Position numbers and translations under genes: made by a program. From an uncultured Bacteroidales bacterium (GTDB lineage: Bacteria > Bacteroidota > Bacteroidia > Bacteroidales > UBA932), in assembly GCA_905233655.1 (NCBI GenBank), contig CAJOCS010000004.1, forward strand, positions 13,544 to 77,543: a stretch of 64,000 nt of DNA, in the 5' to 3' direction. The notes beneath the pieces are model-generated. The model saw only the letters and a list, made by a program, of their open reading frames with translations, ran no database searches and was not told the origin of the DNA. Each line of letters opens with the position of its first letter. The first letter of the stretch is position 1. This document shows positions 47,986-57,807 of this stretch, piece after piece.

Positions 47986-49464
47986 ATGTTGAAGAAACTC
48001 CGTGTGCTGTTTGCACTGATTTTCTGGCTGGGAATAACGCTGCTCTTCCTGGTTTTTACCGGGGGACTGCACCGTTATCTGTCCTGGATGGCGAAGATTC
48101 AGCTGCTCCCCGCCGTAATGGCCGTGAACCTGGCCGTGATAGCCGCCCTTGTGCTGCTGACGCTGCTTTTTGGCAGAATTTACTGCTCCGTGATATGTCC
48201 TCTGGGGGTGTTTCAGGATGCGGTTTCGCATGTGGGTATTTCCGGGAAAAAACAGCCGTACGGCTACCGCAGGGAGATTAAATGGCTGCGTTACGGCGTG
48301 TGGGCCCTGTTTGTGATTGCTCTCATCGCCGGAATCCATGCCTTTGTGGCAATACTGGCCCCCTACAGCGCCTACGGCCGCATGGTCCAGAGCCTGCTTC
48401 AGCCGGTTTATATCTGGTTCAACAATATCTTCGCCCACATGGCCGAGCGTGCCGGAAGCTATGCGTTCTACAGCAAGGAAACCTGGTTCAGGAGCCTTCC
48501 GGTGCTCGTTGTGTCGCTTGTGACGCTGGTGATAATTGTGATCCTTTCCTTCCGCAGCGGCCGCACCTACTGCAACAGTATATGCCCCGTGGGCACAACG
48601 CTGAGTTTCTTCTCCCGCTTCTCCATGTTCCGCCCGGTAATCGACGTGGAGAAATGCCGCAACTGCAAGGCCTGCGAGCATAAATGCAAGGCGATGTGCA
48701 TAGATATAGACAGCCACAGGATAGATTACAGCCGTTGCGTAGACTGCTTCAACTGCATTGGCGAATGCAAGTTCGACGCCCTGAAATACCGTTTTGCCTG
48801 GGGCCGCAAGGCTTCCGGGAACGCTCCTGCAGAGCCGAAGGGGGCCGATGCCTCCCGCCGCGCCTTCATAGCCTCCGGCGCCTTCCTTGCCGGCAGCGCG
48901 GTGCTTCATGCGCAGAAGAAGGTCGACGGCGGGCTTGCCTCAATTCTGGAAAAGCAGGAGGTGGAGAGGGACACCCCCATCACGCCTCCGGGCTCTTTGA
49001 GCGTAAGGGATTTCTACCGCCGCTGCACTGCCTGCCAGCTGTGTGTTGCCGAGTGCCCGAACAATGTGCTCCGGCCGTCTTCTTCGCTGGAGCGTTTCAT
49101 GCAGCCTGAAATGGGCTATGAACGCGGATTCTGCCGTCCGGAGTGCACCCGTTGCTCCCAAATCTGTCCCTCCGGTGCGATTCGTCCCATCGGCAGGGAG
49201 GAAAAGACACAGTACCATATAGGCACGGCGAGGGTCAATCCGGAGCTGTGCATATCGGCAAAGGGCGAATCGCATTGCGGAAAATGCGTCCGGATGTGCC
49301 CTGTGGGCGCCCTCAGCATGGTTCAGGACCCTGAAACGGGGAACAGGCGTCCCGTCGTGGCGGAAGAAGTATGCATCGGCTGCGGCGCATGCGAACAGTA
49401 TTGCCCTTCCCGTCCCATCAGCGCGATTGTGGTAAACGGTCGTGCACAACATCTGGATGTATGA
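47986..49464 (+). CDS. Membrane polyferredoxin (NapH/MauN-like fused to NapG/MauM-like)
   Basis: GRIYCSVICPLG and GRTYCNSICPVG motifs, TM helices, about six 4Fe-4S motifs, internal SRRAFI, PITPPGS. Confidence 0.85.
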   Translation: MLKKLRVLFALIFWLGITLLFLVFTGGLHRYLSWMAKIQLLPAVMAVNLAVIAALVLLTLLFGRIYCSVICPLGVFQDAVSHVGISGKKQPYGYRREIKWLRYGVWALFVIALIAGIHAFVAILAPYSAYGRMVQSLLQPVYIWFNNIFAHMAERAGSYAFYSKETWFRSLPVLVVSLVTLVIIVILSFRSGRTYCNSICPVGTTLSFFSRFSMFRPVIDVEKCRNCKACEHKCKAMCIDIDSHRIDYSRCVDCFNCIGECKFDALKYRFAWGRKASGNAPAEPKGADASRRAFIASGAFLAGSAVLHAQKKVDGGLASILEKQEVERDTPITPPGSLSVRDFYRRCTACQLCVAECPNNVLRPSSSLERFMQPEMGYERGFCRPECTRCSQICPSGAIRPIGREEKTQYHIGTARVNPELCISAKGESHCGKCVRMCPVGALSMVQDPETGNRRPVVAEEVCIGCGACEQYCPSRPISAIVVNGRAQHLDV

Positions 49465-50807
49465 AACGGAGAGATTTTATCAAGATAGGTTCCGCCGCCG
49501 CACTTGCTGCGGCCTGTGCCCCCAAGGGAGTGTTGAAAACTGCCGGAGAAGGCGCTCCCGCCGGCGAAATGGCCATGCGAACAAACCCCAACAACGGAGA
49601 CAGGGTGTCACTTATCGGCTTCGGCTGCATGCGCTGGCCCATGATTCAGGATGCCGCCGGCAACGACATCATCGACCAGGAAGCGGTGAACGAGATGGTG
49701 GACTATGCCCTTGAGCATGGCATAAATTACTTCGACACCTCGCCCGCCTACCTTCAGGGGCAGTCGGAACGTGCCGCCGGAATCGCCCTTAGCCGCCATC
49801 CGAGGAGTTCCTACTTCCTTGCCACCAAACTGTCCAATTTCGGCGACGCCTCCACCGAGGCTTCCCTGCAGATGTACCGCGACTCGTTTTCGGAACTGCA
49901 GACAGACTACTTCGACTATTATCTCCTCCATGCCATCGGCGGAGGTGGTGTCCCGGTATTCGAGAAACGCTACATTGAAAACGGGGCCCTGGATTTTCTC
50001 CGGGGTGAAAAAGCAGCCGGCCGCATACGCAACCTGGGCTTCTCCTTCCATGGCAACCAGGAGACTTTCGACTATTTCATGAGCCTGCACGACAGCGATT
50101 TCATAAAGTGGGATTTCTGTCAGATAGAGATGAACTACATCGACTGGAACCATGCCGACGGCGTGCGCAACGTCAATGCATCCTATCTTTATGAGCAGCT
50201 TGAGGGGCGCGGTATCCCGGTGATCATCATGGAGCCCCTTCTCGGAGGCCGCCTTGCAAATGTCCCGGAAAGCATCTCCAGGCAGATGAAGGAAAGGGAA
50301 CCGGAATGGAGCGCGGCCTCGTGGGCTTTCCGCTTCTGCGGTTCATATCCGGGTGTGCTCTGCATCCTGAGCGGAATGACCAATATGGATCCGCTCGTGG
50401 AGAATGTGAATACCTTCACCGGCTTCAGGCCTCTGGATGAGGACGGTCTGGAATTCCTGGAGAGGATGGCCGTCCAGACCATGGAATATCCCATGGTGAA
50501 CTGTACCGGATGCAAATACTGCATGCCATGTCCCTGGGGCGTGGATATTCCGGGAGTGTTCCAGCACTACAACAGGTCCATTACCGAGGGCACTTATGCT
50601 CAGTCGGCAGCACAGAAGGATTACGCCAGGCTGAAAAGGGCCTACCTCGTGAGCTACGACCGTTCGGTGCAGTCGCTCCGTCAGGCCGACCGCTGCATCG
50701 GCTGCGGAGTGTGCCTGAGCCATTGCCCCCAGAGCATACCCATCCCGAGGGAACTGCGCCGCATAGCGAACTATGTGGAACAGCTCCGGCAGGATACCCT
50801 TGAATAG
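49461..50807 (+). CDS. Aldo/keto reductase with C-terminal 4Fe-4S motifs and Tat-type signal
   Basis: MKRRDFIK signal; GFGCMR, YFDTSPAY, LATKL, YLLH, MEPLLGG; CTGCKYCMPCP and CIGCGVC..HCP. Confidence 0.88.
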   Translation: MKRRDFIKIGSAAALAAACAPKGVLKTAGEGAPAGEMAMRTNPNNGDRVSLIGFGCMRWPMIQDAAGNDIIDQEAVNEMVDYALEHGINYFDTSPAYLQGQSERAAGIALSRHPRSSYFLATKLSNFGDASTEASLQMYRDSFSELQTDYFDYYLLHAIGGGGVPVFEKRYIENGALDFLRGEKAAGRIRNLGFSFHGNQETFDYFMSLHDSDFIKWDFCQIEMNYIDWNHADGVRNVNASYLYEQLEGRGIPVIIMEPLLGGRLANVPESISRQMKEREPEWSAASWAFRFCGSYPGVLCILSGMTNMDPLVENVNTFTGFRPLDEDGLEFLERMAVQTMEYPMVNCTGCKYCMPCPWGVDIPGVFQHYNRSITEGTYAQSAAQKDYARLKRAYLVSYDRSVQSLRQADRCIGCGVCLSHCPQSIPIPRELRRIANYVEQLRQDTLE

Positions 50808-50811
50808 GGGA

Positions 50812-53145
50812 TTAAATCTTCATGAATGTGCTTCTCTGACGCACCTGGCCATACTCGGTGACGAGGACGTACCGGCCGGGCGCGAGAGCCTTTACGGAAA
50901 GGGTGTAGGGCCTGTAGGCCGAGGACAGGAATTCGGTACGGAGAACTTCGGCGCCGGAGGCGGAAAGGACGGTGGCTTTCACTTTTACCAGTTCTGAAGT
51001 GTCGGTCCTCACGGTGAGATTGTCGCTGGTGCTGGTGGGATAAACGTCCACCGGATTGTTCGGATCCTTGACAATGAACTCCAGATTCATCGTCGTCTTT
51101 GCTCCAAGCAGGTCTGAGGCCGAAAGCCTCACAGGAATGGTTCCGCTCTTGAGACCTTTGAAGAAAAAGGTGAAGCTGCTTATCATACCCTCAAACGCAT
51201 CCGAGTTGCCACTGTCTTCGAGAACGTAGGAGAGCGACTCGCCGTCTGGGTCGGAAAACACATTGTCGAGATTCAAAGAGTAGACTTCGTTCATTCGGAC
51301 CAGAATGTGTTTGATGAACGAGGTGGAAACTTCCGGAGCGTGATTCTCCAGCACGGTATAGGTGAAACTGAGAGTGGCGGAAGCAGCGTCTGAATCCGTG
51401 GCGCTGATAACCACATTGTGAAGGCCGCTCTGGGATTCTGGACCAGTGACGGCAATGGTATATTTACCGTCACCGTTGTCGCTGAGATGGAATCCGGCGG
51501 GGGCCTCTTCAACTTTCACGGTAAAGCTTTTGCCGTCCTGGTGCATCACGGAGAAGCTTCCGGTGGCATTCTCGTGAGCTTTAATCTGAGCCGGGAGCTG
51601 GGTTGTCCAGGTGAATTTCGGGGCTTTGGGATTGGCTCCGTTGAATTCGAAGGCTCCGAGGGCATCCAGCTTGGGCCCTATTTTTTTGCTTCCGGTGAAA
51701 TAGTCTGCGACGGCTCCGCCAAGCAGCATTTCCCGGCAGTTGCCGGCGGTGAATCCGGGCCCTCCGAAATACGAAACAAGGAGAGCGGCCACACCGGAAA
51801 CATGGGGGCAGGCCATCGAGGTTCCAGCCCAGCCGCTGCCGCCGTATCCGGAGCTTGCGACATTGGTGGGAAGGGTGCTCCAGATGCTGTCGGAGGAGCC
51901 GTAGCCTTCTCCGCCCGGCGCTGCGATGTCAACCCAGTCTCCGTAGTTGGAGTAACTGGCTTTCTTGCCGTTCTGGTTAAAGGCGGAAACGCTTATCACA
52001 GGGTCGTAGGCGCAAATGGGGTCGTAGTCGATGTTCTCGTTGCCCGAGGCAAAGATCACGAGACCGCCCTTCATGGGAGAATCGGCCTTCTGGTTGCCGT
52101 TATTGTCGCATCCGGCATATTTGATAAAGTAGTCTATGCCGGCTTTCATCGCAGAGCTGATGGTCAGGCTCTTGAAATAGGAAAGCTCCTGGGCCGACAC
52201 CACTCCGTCTTCGTTCGTATCGGCATAGTCTCCCCAGCTGTTCTGGGAGATGAGGGCTCCGTGATCGGCGCCCCATTTTATGGCGTTGGCGCAGCCCGAA
52301 TCGGGGAGGCCGTCATATCCGGAGAAAATCTGGCACGACATCAGTCTGACGCCCCCGACCCCGTTTGCGGAATCGCCGCCGGCGATGCCGCAGAGGCCCA
52401 CGCCGTTATTGTTCACGGCCGATATCGTACCGGCCACATGTGTGCCGTGTCCGGTGTCGGCGGAGCTGGTCCAGCTTAGATTGTAGTTTCCCTTGACAAA
52501 GTTGTAGCCGTGGTGGCCGCTGCCGTCGTCCCACATGTTTGCGGCGAGGTCCGGATGTGTGTAGCAGACTCCTTCGTCCACCACGCTCACGATAACGTTG
52601 GCGCTGCCGGTGCAATAGTTGCTCCAAACCTCTTCGACATTGATGTCGACACCCTCTTTGGTAGTGTTGATATAGTGCCACTGACGGCTGAGATAGGGGT
52701 CGTTGAAAACGGCGCGACGCCTCATCCGGCGGGCCGGTTCGGCAAGGGTGATTCCGGGAACGTTCATTGCCCCTTCCACCGCTTTCGTTACGGGAATGTC
52801 TTCAGTGAAGCGCACGTTGTAGAAACGGTGCAGTCCTTCCCGGCGTGTACGCTCCTCATATTCTCCGGCATAGGGGAACACTCTCTCCAGGGAAACGGCT
52901 CCCAGATCCTGCAGGAGTGCGGCCAGTGCGGGGGATTTAGTGGGCGCGGAGCCGCTTTCGAGCTCTTCTTCTATAAGTGAAAGCATGCTGTCGTCAAAGG
53001 CGACGGTAAGCATTCCGGGGGTCGCGTTCTCAACGATTGCAGAAGGGATTTCTTCGCTTTCAGCATCCTGTTTTACAGGCATTTCCTTCACGCAGGCGCA
53101 AAGGACCAAAAGCGAAAGTGCAACGAAATAGGTATGTTTTTTCAT
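50812..53145 (-). CDS. S8 subtilisin-like serine protease, lipoprotein with T9SS-like C-terminal domain
   Basis: Lipobox LCAC; triad motifs VSVVDEG, HGTHVAG, GTSMACPHV; C-terminal VYP...LAPGRYVL...FMKI. Confidence 0.92.
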   Translation of the reverse strand: MKKHTYFVALSLLVLCACVKEMPVKQDAESEEIPSAIVENATPGMLTVAFDDSMLSLIEEELESGSAPTKSPALAALLQDLGAVSLERVFPYAGEYEERTRREGLHRFYNVRFTEDIPVTKAVEGAMNVPGITLAEPARRMRRRAVFNDPYLSRQWHYINTTKEGVDINVEEVWSNYCTGSANVIVSVVDEGVCYTHPDLAANMWDDGSGHHGYNFVKGNYNLSWTSSADTGHGTHVAGTISAVNNNGVGLCGIAGGDSANGVGGVRLMSCQIFSGYDGLPDSGCANAIKWGADHGALISQNSWGDYADTNEDGVVSAQELSYFKSLTISSAMKAGIDYFIKYAGCDNNGNQKADSPMKGGLVIFASGNENIDYDPICAYDPVISVSAFNQNGKKASYSNYGDWVDIAAPGGEGYGSSDSIWSTLPTNVASSGYGGSGWAGTSMACPHVSGVAALLVSYFGGPGFTAGNCREMLLGGAVADYFTGSKKIGPKLDALGAFEFNGANPKAPKFTWTTQLPAQIKAHENATGSFSVMHQDGKSFTVKVEEAPAGFHLSDNGDGKYTIAVTGPESQSGLHNVVISATDSDAASATLSFTYTVLENHAPEVSTSFIKHILVRMNEVYSLNLDNVFSDPDGESLSYVLEDSGNSDAFEGMISSFTFFFKGLKSGTIPVRLSASDLLGAKTTMNLEFIVKDPNNPVDVYPTSTSDNLTVRTDTSELVKVKATVLSASGAEVLRTEFLSSAYRPYTLSVKALAPGRYVLVTEYGQVRQRSTFMKI

Positions 53146-53169
53146 CTAATAGGCATGTTATAGGTCTTG

Positions 53170-53177
53170 CAAAGATA
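53170..53177 (-). promoter_or_regulatory. -7 promoter element TATCTTTG for the S8 protease
   Basis: TAnnTTTG 24 nt upstream of the ATG. Confidence 0.65.
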
Positions 53178-53282
53178 GGGAAAAAAGGGGTAAGATGCTT
53201 GCAAGAGTCAAAAAAAAATGCAAAATTTGCATCTTGCCTAAACTGAAATTTGGCATAAAACAGGAAAATATATCAACATTTA

Positions 53283-56273
53283 ATGCTCATGAAAAGAATC
53301 AAACTGATTGCAGTGGCCCTATTCGCCTTGTTCTCGGTGGCAGCGTTCGCCCAGAACATCGTGGTGTCGGGTGTGGTCGTGGATGAGAGCGGACAGCCTG
53401 TGCCCGGCACGGCTGTCTTGTTGCCTGGAACCACCCGCGGAGCGGTCACGGACTTTGACGGATCATTCTCATTTACGGCCCCCGCAACGGCTACCATGGT
53501 GAAGGTCTCCAACCTCGGTTACGAGGAGCAGGAGATTCCCATTACCGGCCAGCCCCTGCGCATTGTCCTCGTGGAGTCGATGGAGACTCTGGACGAGGCC
53601 GTGGCCATAGGATACGGTTCGGCAAAGAAAATTGAATCCCTCGTGGGTTCCGTCACGACGGTGAACTCCCAGTCCATCAAAAATGCCCCCTCATCCTCTG
53701 CTCTGGATATGCTGCAGGGCCAGGTGGCAGGTCTGGCGGTTCTCACCTCCGGCGGTGTGGCCGGTGACAACTCCGTGTCCATGAAACTCCACGGCGTGGG
53801 TTCACTCACTTCGAGTTCGGCCCCTCTGTACATGATCGACGGTGTGCCGGCATCGGCCCGAAGCATCATGGCCCTGAACCCGAACGACATCGAGTCCATT
53901 TCCATCCTGAAGGACGCATCGGCAACCTCCATCTACGGTTCCCGTGCCGCGAACGGCGTCGTTTACGTGATTACCAAGACCGGTAGCTACAACAACAACG
54001 CAAGCGTCACCTTCCGTTCCCAGTACGGTATTTCCACAGTTACGGACAAGGCCCTGTACACCAACATGATGACCGGTCCCGAGCTGGCCGAATTCTGGAA
54101 CATTGCCGGTATCCACTCCGCCAAATACATCCAGGAGACCTATTACGACAAGGGTTTCAATGCCGACACCCGCTGGCATGAATATGTGCAGCAGTACAAC
54201 AACCCCCAGTACCAGAACGACCTCACCATCGAGGGCGGCGGCCAGAGGGTTGCATATGTGATCGGCATGTCCCAGTTCCACCAGAGAGGTTCCGCCATCG
54301 GCAACGTCTACGACCGTTACACCTTGCGTTCCAACCTCCAGGGCCGTCCCAAGGACTGGCTCAAGGTGGGTGCCAACCTCAACTTCTCTTACGACAGGAA
54401 TATCCAGAACCCCAACTGGTCCAACTCCTCCAACAACAGGAACTACACCTCCGGAGCTCTGTCCTATCTTATCGTTCCCTTCTATCCCGCCATCGATCCC
54501 GAGACGGGCAAGGAGTATGAGAACGAGTATCCCGGCGGCCTTATCAACCACCACACCTACATGAAGAACCGTTACACTCCCACCGAGCGTCTCGGCATTG
54601 TGGGCAATATTTTCTCCCAGGTGGACTTCACCCGCAACCTCAAGTATAACTTCCGCGCGGGTGTCGACGGCTACATTTCCCGCTACCGCGGCCAGATGAA
54701 CCCCGACTACTACCTCATGGGTGGTAGCGGATGGCGTTCCCGTACCACTGCTTACAGTTATACGGCTTCTGTCACAAACACCCTGGAATACAGTTTCCAG
54801 ATTGGCAACAGCCACAAGTTCACCCTTCTGGCTGGCCAGGAAGGCATTTTCAACGATTACGATTACTGGGCTGCTTCTTCCGAGCAGATTACCAACCCCC
54901 GTATCGTGCGCCTTCAGTCCGGCGATGCCAGTACTTATGATGTGAGCGAATCCCAGAGTCAGAGTTCCTTCCTCTCTTTCTTCGGACATGCCGAATACAC
55001 CCTTATGGAGCGTTACATCTTCGACGCTACCATCCGTTCCGACGCTTCGTCCCGTTTCGGTGCCGATACCCGCTGGGGTACATTCTGGTCCGTTGGCGGA
55101 ATGTGGCGCCTCAAGAAGGAGGAATTCCTGAAGAGCCTCCTCTGGCTCAACGACCTCAGCTTCAAGATGAGCTACGGTACCCAGGGTAACGCCGCCATCG
55201 GCGACTATCAGGCTCTCGGCCTTCTCGGCGGCTCGTCTTCGTCCTACAACGGCCAGTCCGGACTGTATTTCGCCCAGCCCGCCAACCCGGACCTCACTTG
55301 GGAAAAGCAGGGGCTCCTCACCGTGGCCCTCATCGGTAAGGTGATCGACCGCTTCGACTTCGACATCGAGTGGTACAACCGCCAGACCACCGACATGCTT
55401 ATGAGCGTTCCCTATCCCGCAACTACCGGCTTCACCTCCAGGATGGAGAATGTGGGCGGCCTGCGCAACCGTGGTATAGACATCACCCTCGGTTACGATG
55501 TGTACCGTTCCCGTGATGCCTATGTGAGGGTAGGAACCACTTTCAACTACAACCAGGAAAAGATCACCAAACTCTTCAACGGCCTTGACCGTTGGGAGAT
55601 TGAAGGAACCGGCATCGCCTATGTGGTGGGACATCCCGTGATGTACTACACTCCCATTTATGCAGGCGTGAACCGTGATACCGGCGTGCAGCAGTGGTAT
55701 GTCCCCGGAGACGACGTCGATGTAACAACCACCGAGGCCGTTACCGAGGTGTTCGACGAGGTGGCTCTCACCCAGAACACCGGCATCCGCCGCAATGCCC
55801 CCATCTACGGCGGCTTCTCGATGTCGGGTGCATGGAAGAGCCTCAGTTTCATGGTGGACTTCGCCTATGTGATAGGCAAGTACATGCAGAACAACGATAT
55901 GTTCTTCTATGCCAACCCCAACCGCTTTGCCGACAACAACCAGCACAAGGGCATCAGCGATTTCTGGACCGAAACCAACCGGGATGCAAAATGGCCCGAC
56001 TGGCGTCAGGGACAGTCCATGCAGTTCGACACCCACATCCTGGAGGATGCGTCGTTCCTGCGCCTGAAGAACCTGCAGGTCGCCTATGCGATTCCGCAGA
56101 GCGTCCTTTCCCGTCAGAATGTGTTCTCCGACGTGAAATTCACCTTCACCGGACGTAACCTCCTGACCTTCACCAAGTACTCCGGTATCGACCCGGAAGA
56201 CGACACCAACGTCTCCCTCGGCCTTCCGGCGAACTCCAAGCAGATTCTCTTCGGTATCGAAGTAACCTTCTAA
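53283..56273 (+). CDS. SusC/RagA-family TonB-dependent receptor
   Basis: N-terminal carboxypeptidase-regulatory-like domain, LNPNDIESISILKDASATSIYGSRAANGVV plug motif, ASFLRLKNL, C-terminal Phe. Confidence 0.96.
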   Translation: MLMKRIKLIAVALFALFSVAAFAQNIVVSGVVVDESGQPVPGTAVLLPGTTRGAVTDFDGSFSFTAPATATMVKVSNLGYEEQEIPITGQPLRIVLVESMETLDEAVAIGYGSAKKIESLVGSVTTVNSQSIKNAPSSSALDMLQGQVAGLAVLTSGGVAGDNSVSMKLHGVGSLTSSSAPLYMIDGVPASARSIMALNPNDIESISILKDASATSIYGSRAANGVVYVITKTGSYNNNASVTFRSQYGISTVTDKALYTNMMTGPELAEFWNIAGIHSAKYIQETYYDKGFNADTRWHEYVQQYNNPQYQNDLTIEGGGQRVAYVIGMSQFHQRGSAIGNVYDRYTLRSNLQGRPKDWLKVGANLNFSYDRNIQNPNWSNSSNNRNYTSGALSYLIVPFYPAIDPETGKEYENEYPGGLINHHTYMKNRYTPTERLGIVGNIFSQVDFTRNLKYNFRAGVDGYISRYRGQMNPDYYLMGGSGWRSRTTAYSYTASVTNTLEYSFQIGNSHKFTLLAGQEGIFNDYDYWAASSEQITNPRIVRLQSGDASTYDVSESQSQSSFLSFFGHAEYTLMERYIFDATIRSDASSRFGADTRWGTFWSVGGMWRLKKEEFLKSLLWLNDLSFKMSYGTQGNAAIGDYQALGLLGGSSSSYNGQSGLYFAQPANPDLTWEKQGLLTVALIGKVIDRFDFDIEWYNRQTTDMLMSVPYPATTGFTSRMENVGGLRNRGIDITLGYDVYRSRDAYVRVGTTFNYNQEKITKLFNGLDRWEIEGTGIAYVVGHPVMYYTPIYAGVNRDTGVQQWYVPGDDVDVTTTEAVTEVFDEVALTQNTGIRRNAPIYGGFSMSGAWKSLSFMVDFAYVIGKYMQNNDMFFYANPNRFADNNQHKGISDFWTETNRDAKWPDWRQGQSMQFDTHILEDASFLRLKNLQVAYAIPQSVLSRQNVFSDVKFTFTGRNLLTFTKYSGIDPEDDTNVSLGLPANSKQILFGIEVTF

Positions 56274-56279
56274 GCGAGT

Positions 56280-57791
56280 ATGACTATGAAAAAGATCAAC
56301 ATATTCCTTTCAATCCTCGCAGCCCTTTCACTTTCGGCCTGCTCCCTTGACCTGGAACCCACAACCGCCACCGTGTATGACGGCGTCCATCTTGTGGTGA
56401 CCGGAGAAGACCTTATGGCTGCGGAGGCCGGTTTCATGGATGCATATCGTGCAATCCACAACGGAATGTACTCCACCACCGAGGAACTTATGCTCGACGG
56501 CTTCAACGCCACCGCAAGCTTCGGTAACAACTATGGTTCGGTACACCGTACGGACGATTCCTATACCTCCAGTGACGACTATATCGACTCCTACTGGCAG
56601 AACCATTATGTAGTGATAGGCCGATACAACAACCTCATCGACGACATTTCCATCGCCGAAAATGTGCCCGAAGGCTATGAGGAGGCCGCTTCCATCATTC
56701 TTGGAGAAGCCTACTTCTGCAGGGCCGAGGCTTATCTGAACCTCGTCCGCCACTACGGCAAGGACTATGATCCAGCCGATGCGGTTTCGCTCGGTGTCCC
56801 GGTAGTGCTCCACTACGACCTGAACGGCCGTCCCGCAAGGAATACCGTTCACGAGGTTTACGACCAGATCAAGAACGACCTCGACAGCGCCGCCGTACAT
56901 CTTGCCGCCGTTCCCGGAGAGCTTATGGCCGCATATCCCACCATGGACTGCGTCAATGCCCTCTATGCCCGTTATTATCTCGACACTGAGGATTACGACA
57001 ATGCCGTGACCGCTGCGAACACTGTAATCGCCACCGGCCGCTATACGCTTTCGAACACCATTGAAAAGCTCACCGCCGAGTTCGTGAACGACGCCGGTAC
57101 CGAGGCTATCATGCAGCTTCCCGGCAACCAGAACTCCGAGCCCGTGAACAGCAACAGCGTATATACCAGCATGGGTAATTCCCAGGATCACGGACAGGTT
57201 TTCAACTCTCTGTATCTGCCCAGCCGCAAGCTTGTGGACTCCTATTCCACTACCGATATCCGCGGCCGCGTATGGCTTTCCACCACGGACTATTACACAG
57301 AGATCAACGGATCCTACTACCGCGGCAACTTCGCCACCTTCGTAAAGTATTTCGGTAACCCCAACCTTTACAGCGGTACTCCCAATGGCGCCCAGATGAT
57401 CAAACCCTACATGATCAGCGAAATGTATCTCATCAAGGCCGAAGCCCAGAACATGGGCGGACATGCCGCCGATGCGAAGACCACCCTCAACGCACTCCAG
57501 ACCGCCCGTGGAGCCGAGCTTACTTCCGGCTCGATGACCAACATCCAGAACGAGTGGTTCCGTGAAACCGTTGGCGAGGGTCTCCGCCTGAGCTGCCTCA
57601 AGCGCTGGCACATCGGCTTCGACGCCCGTGAGGGCCAGCCCGGCGCCCTTGCCGTGAACGCCATCATGACCGGCACCTACTACGACCAGCGTTCCTTTGC
57701 CGACGACGACTATCATCTTGTATGGCCCGTGCCTGCAAGCCAGATCCGTCTGAATCCGAACCTCGTTCAGAACGCTCCTTATGGACAGTAA
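56280..57791 (+). CDS. SusD/RagB-family lipoprotein
   Basis: Lipobox LSAC; GEAYFCRA..Y..L, YDQI..DL..A, EMYLIKAEA, GEGLR, WPVP..QI..NPNLVQN. Confidence 0.94.
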   Translation: MTMKKINIFLSILAALSLSACSLDLEPTTATVYDGVHLVVTGEDLMAAEAGFMDAYRAIHNGMYSTTEELMLDGFNATASFGNNYGSVHRTDDSYTSSDDYIDSYWQNHYVVIGRYNNLIDDISIAENVPEGYEEAASIILGEAYFCRAEAYLNLVRHYGKDYDPADAVSLGVPVVLHYDLNGRPARNTVHEVYDQIKNDLDSAAVHLAAVPGELMAAYPTMDCVNALYARYYLDTEDYDNAVTAANTVIATGRYTLSNTIEKLTAEFVNDAGTEAIMQLPGNQNSEPVNSNSVYTSMGNSQDHGQVFNSLYLPSRKLVDSYSTTDIRGRVWLSTTDYYTEINGSYYRGNFATFVKYFGNPNLYSGTPNGAQMIKPYMISEMYLIKAEAQNMGGHAADAKTTLNALQTARGAELTSGSMTNIQNEWFRETVGEGLRLSCLKRWHIGFDAREGQPGALAVNAIMTGTYYDQRSFADDDYHLVWPVPASQIRLNPNLVQNAPYGQ

Positions 57792-57807
57792 TCTCAGCAG
57801 AAACGAA

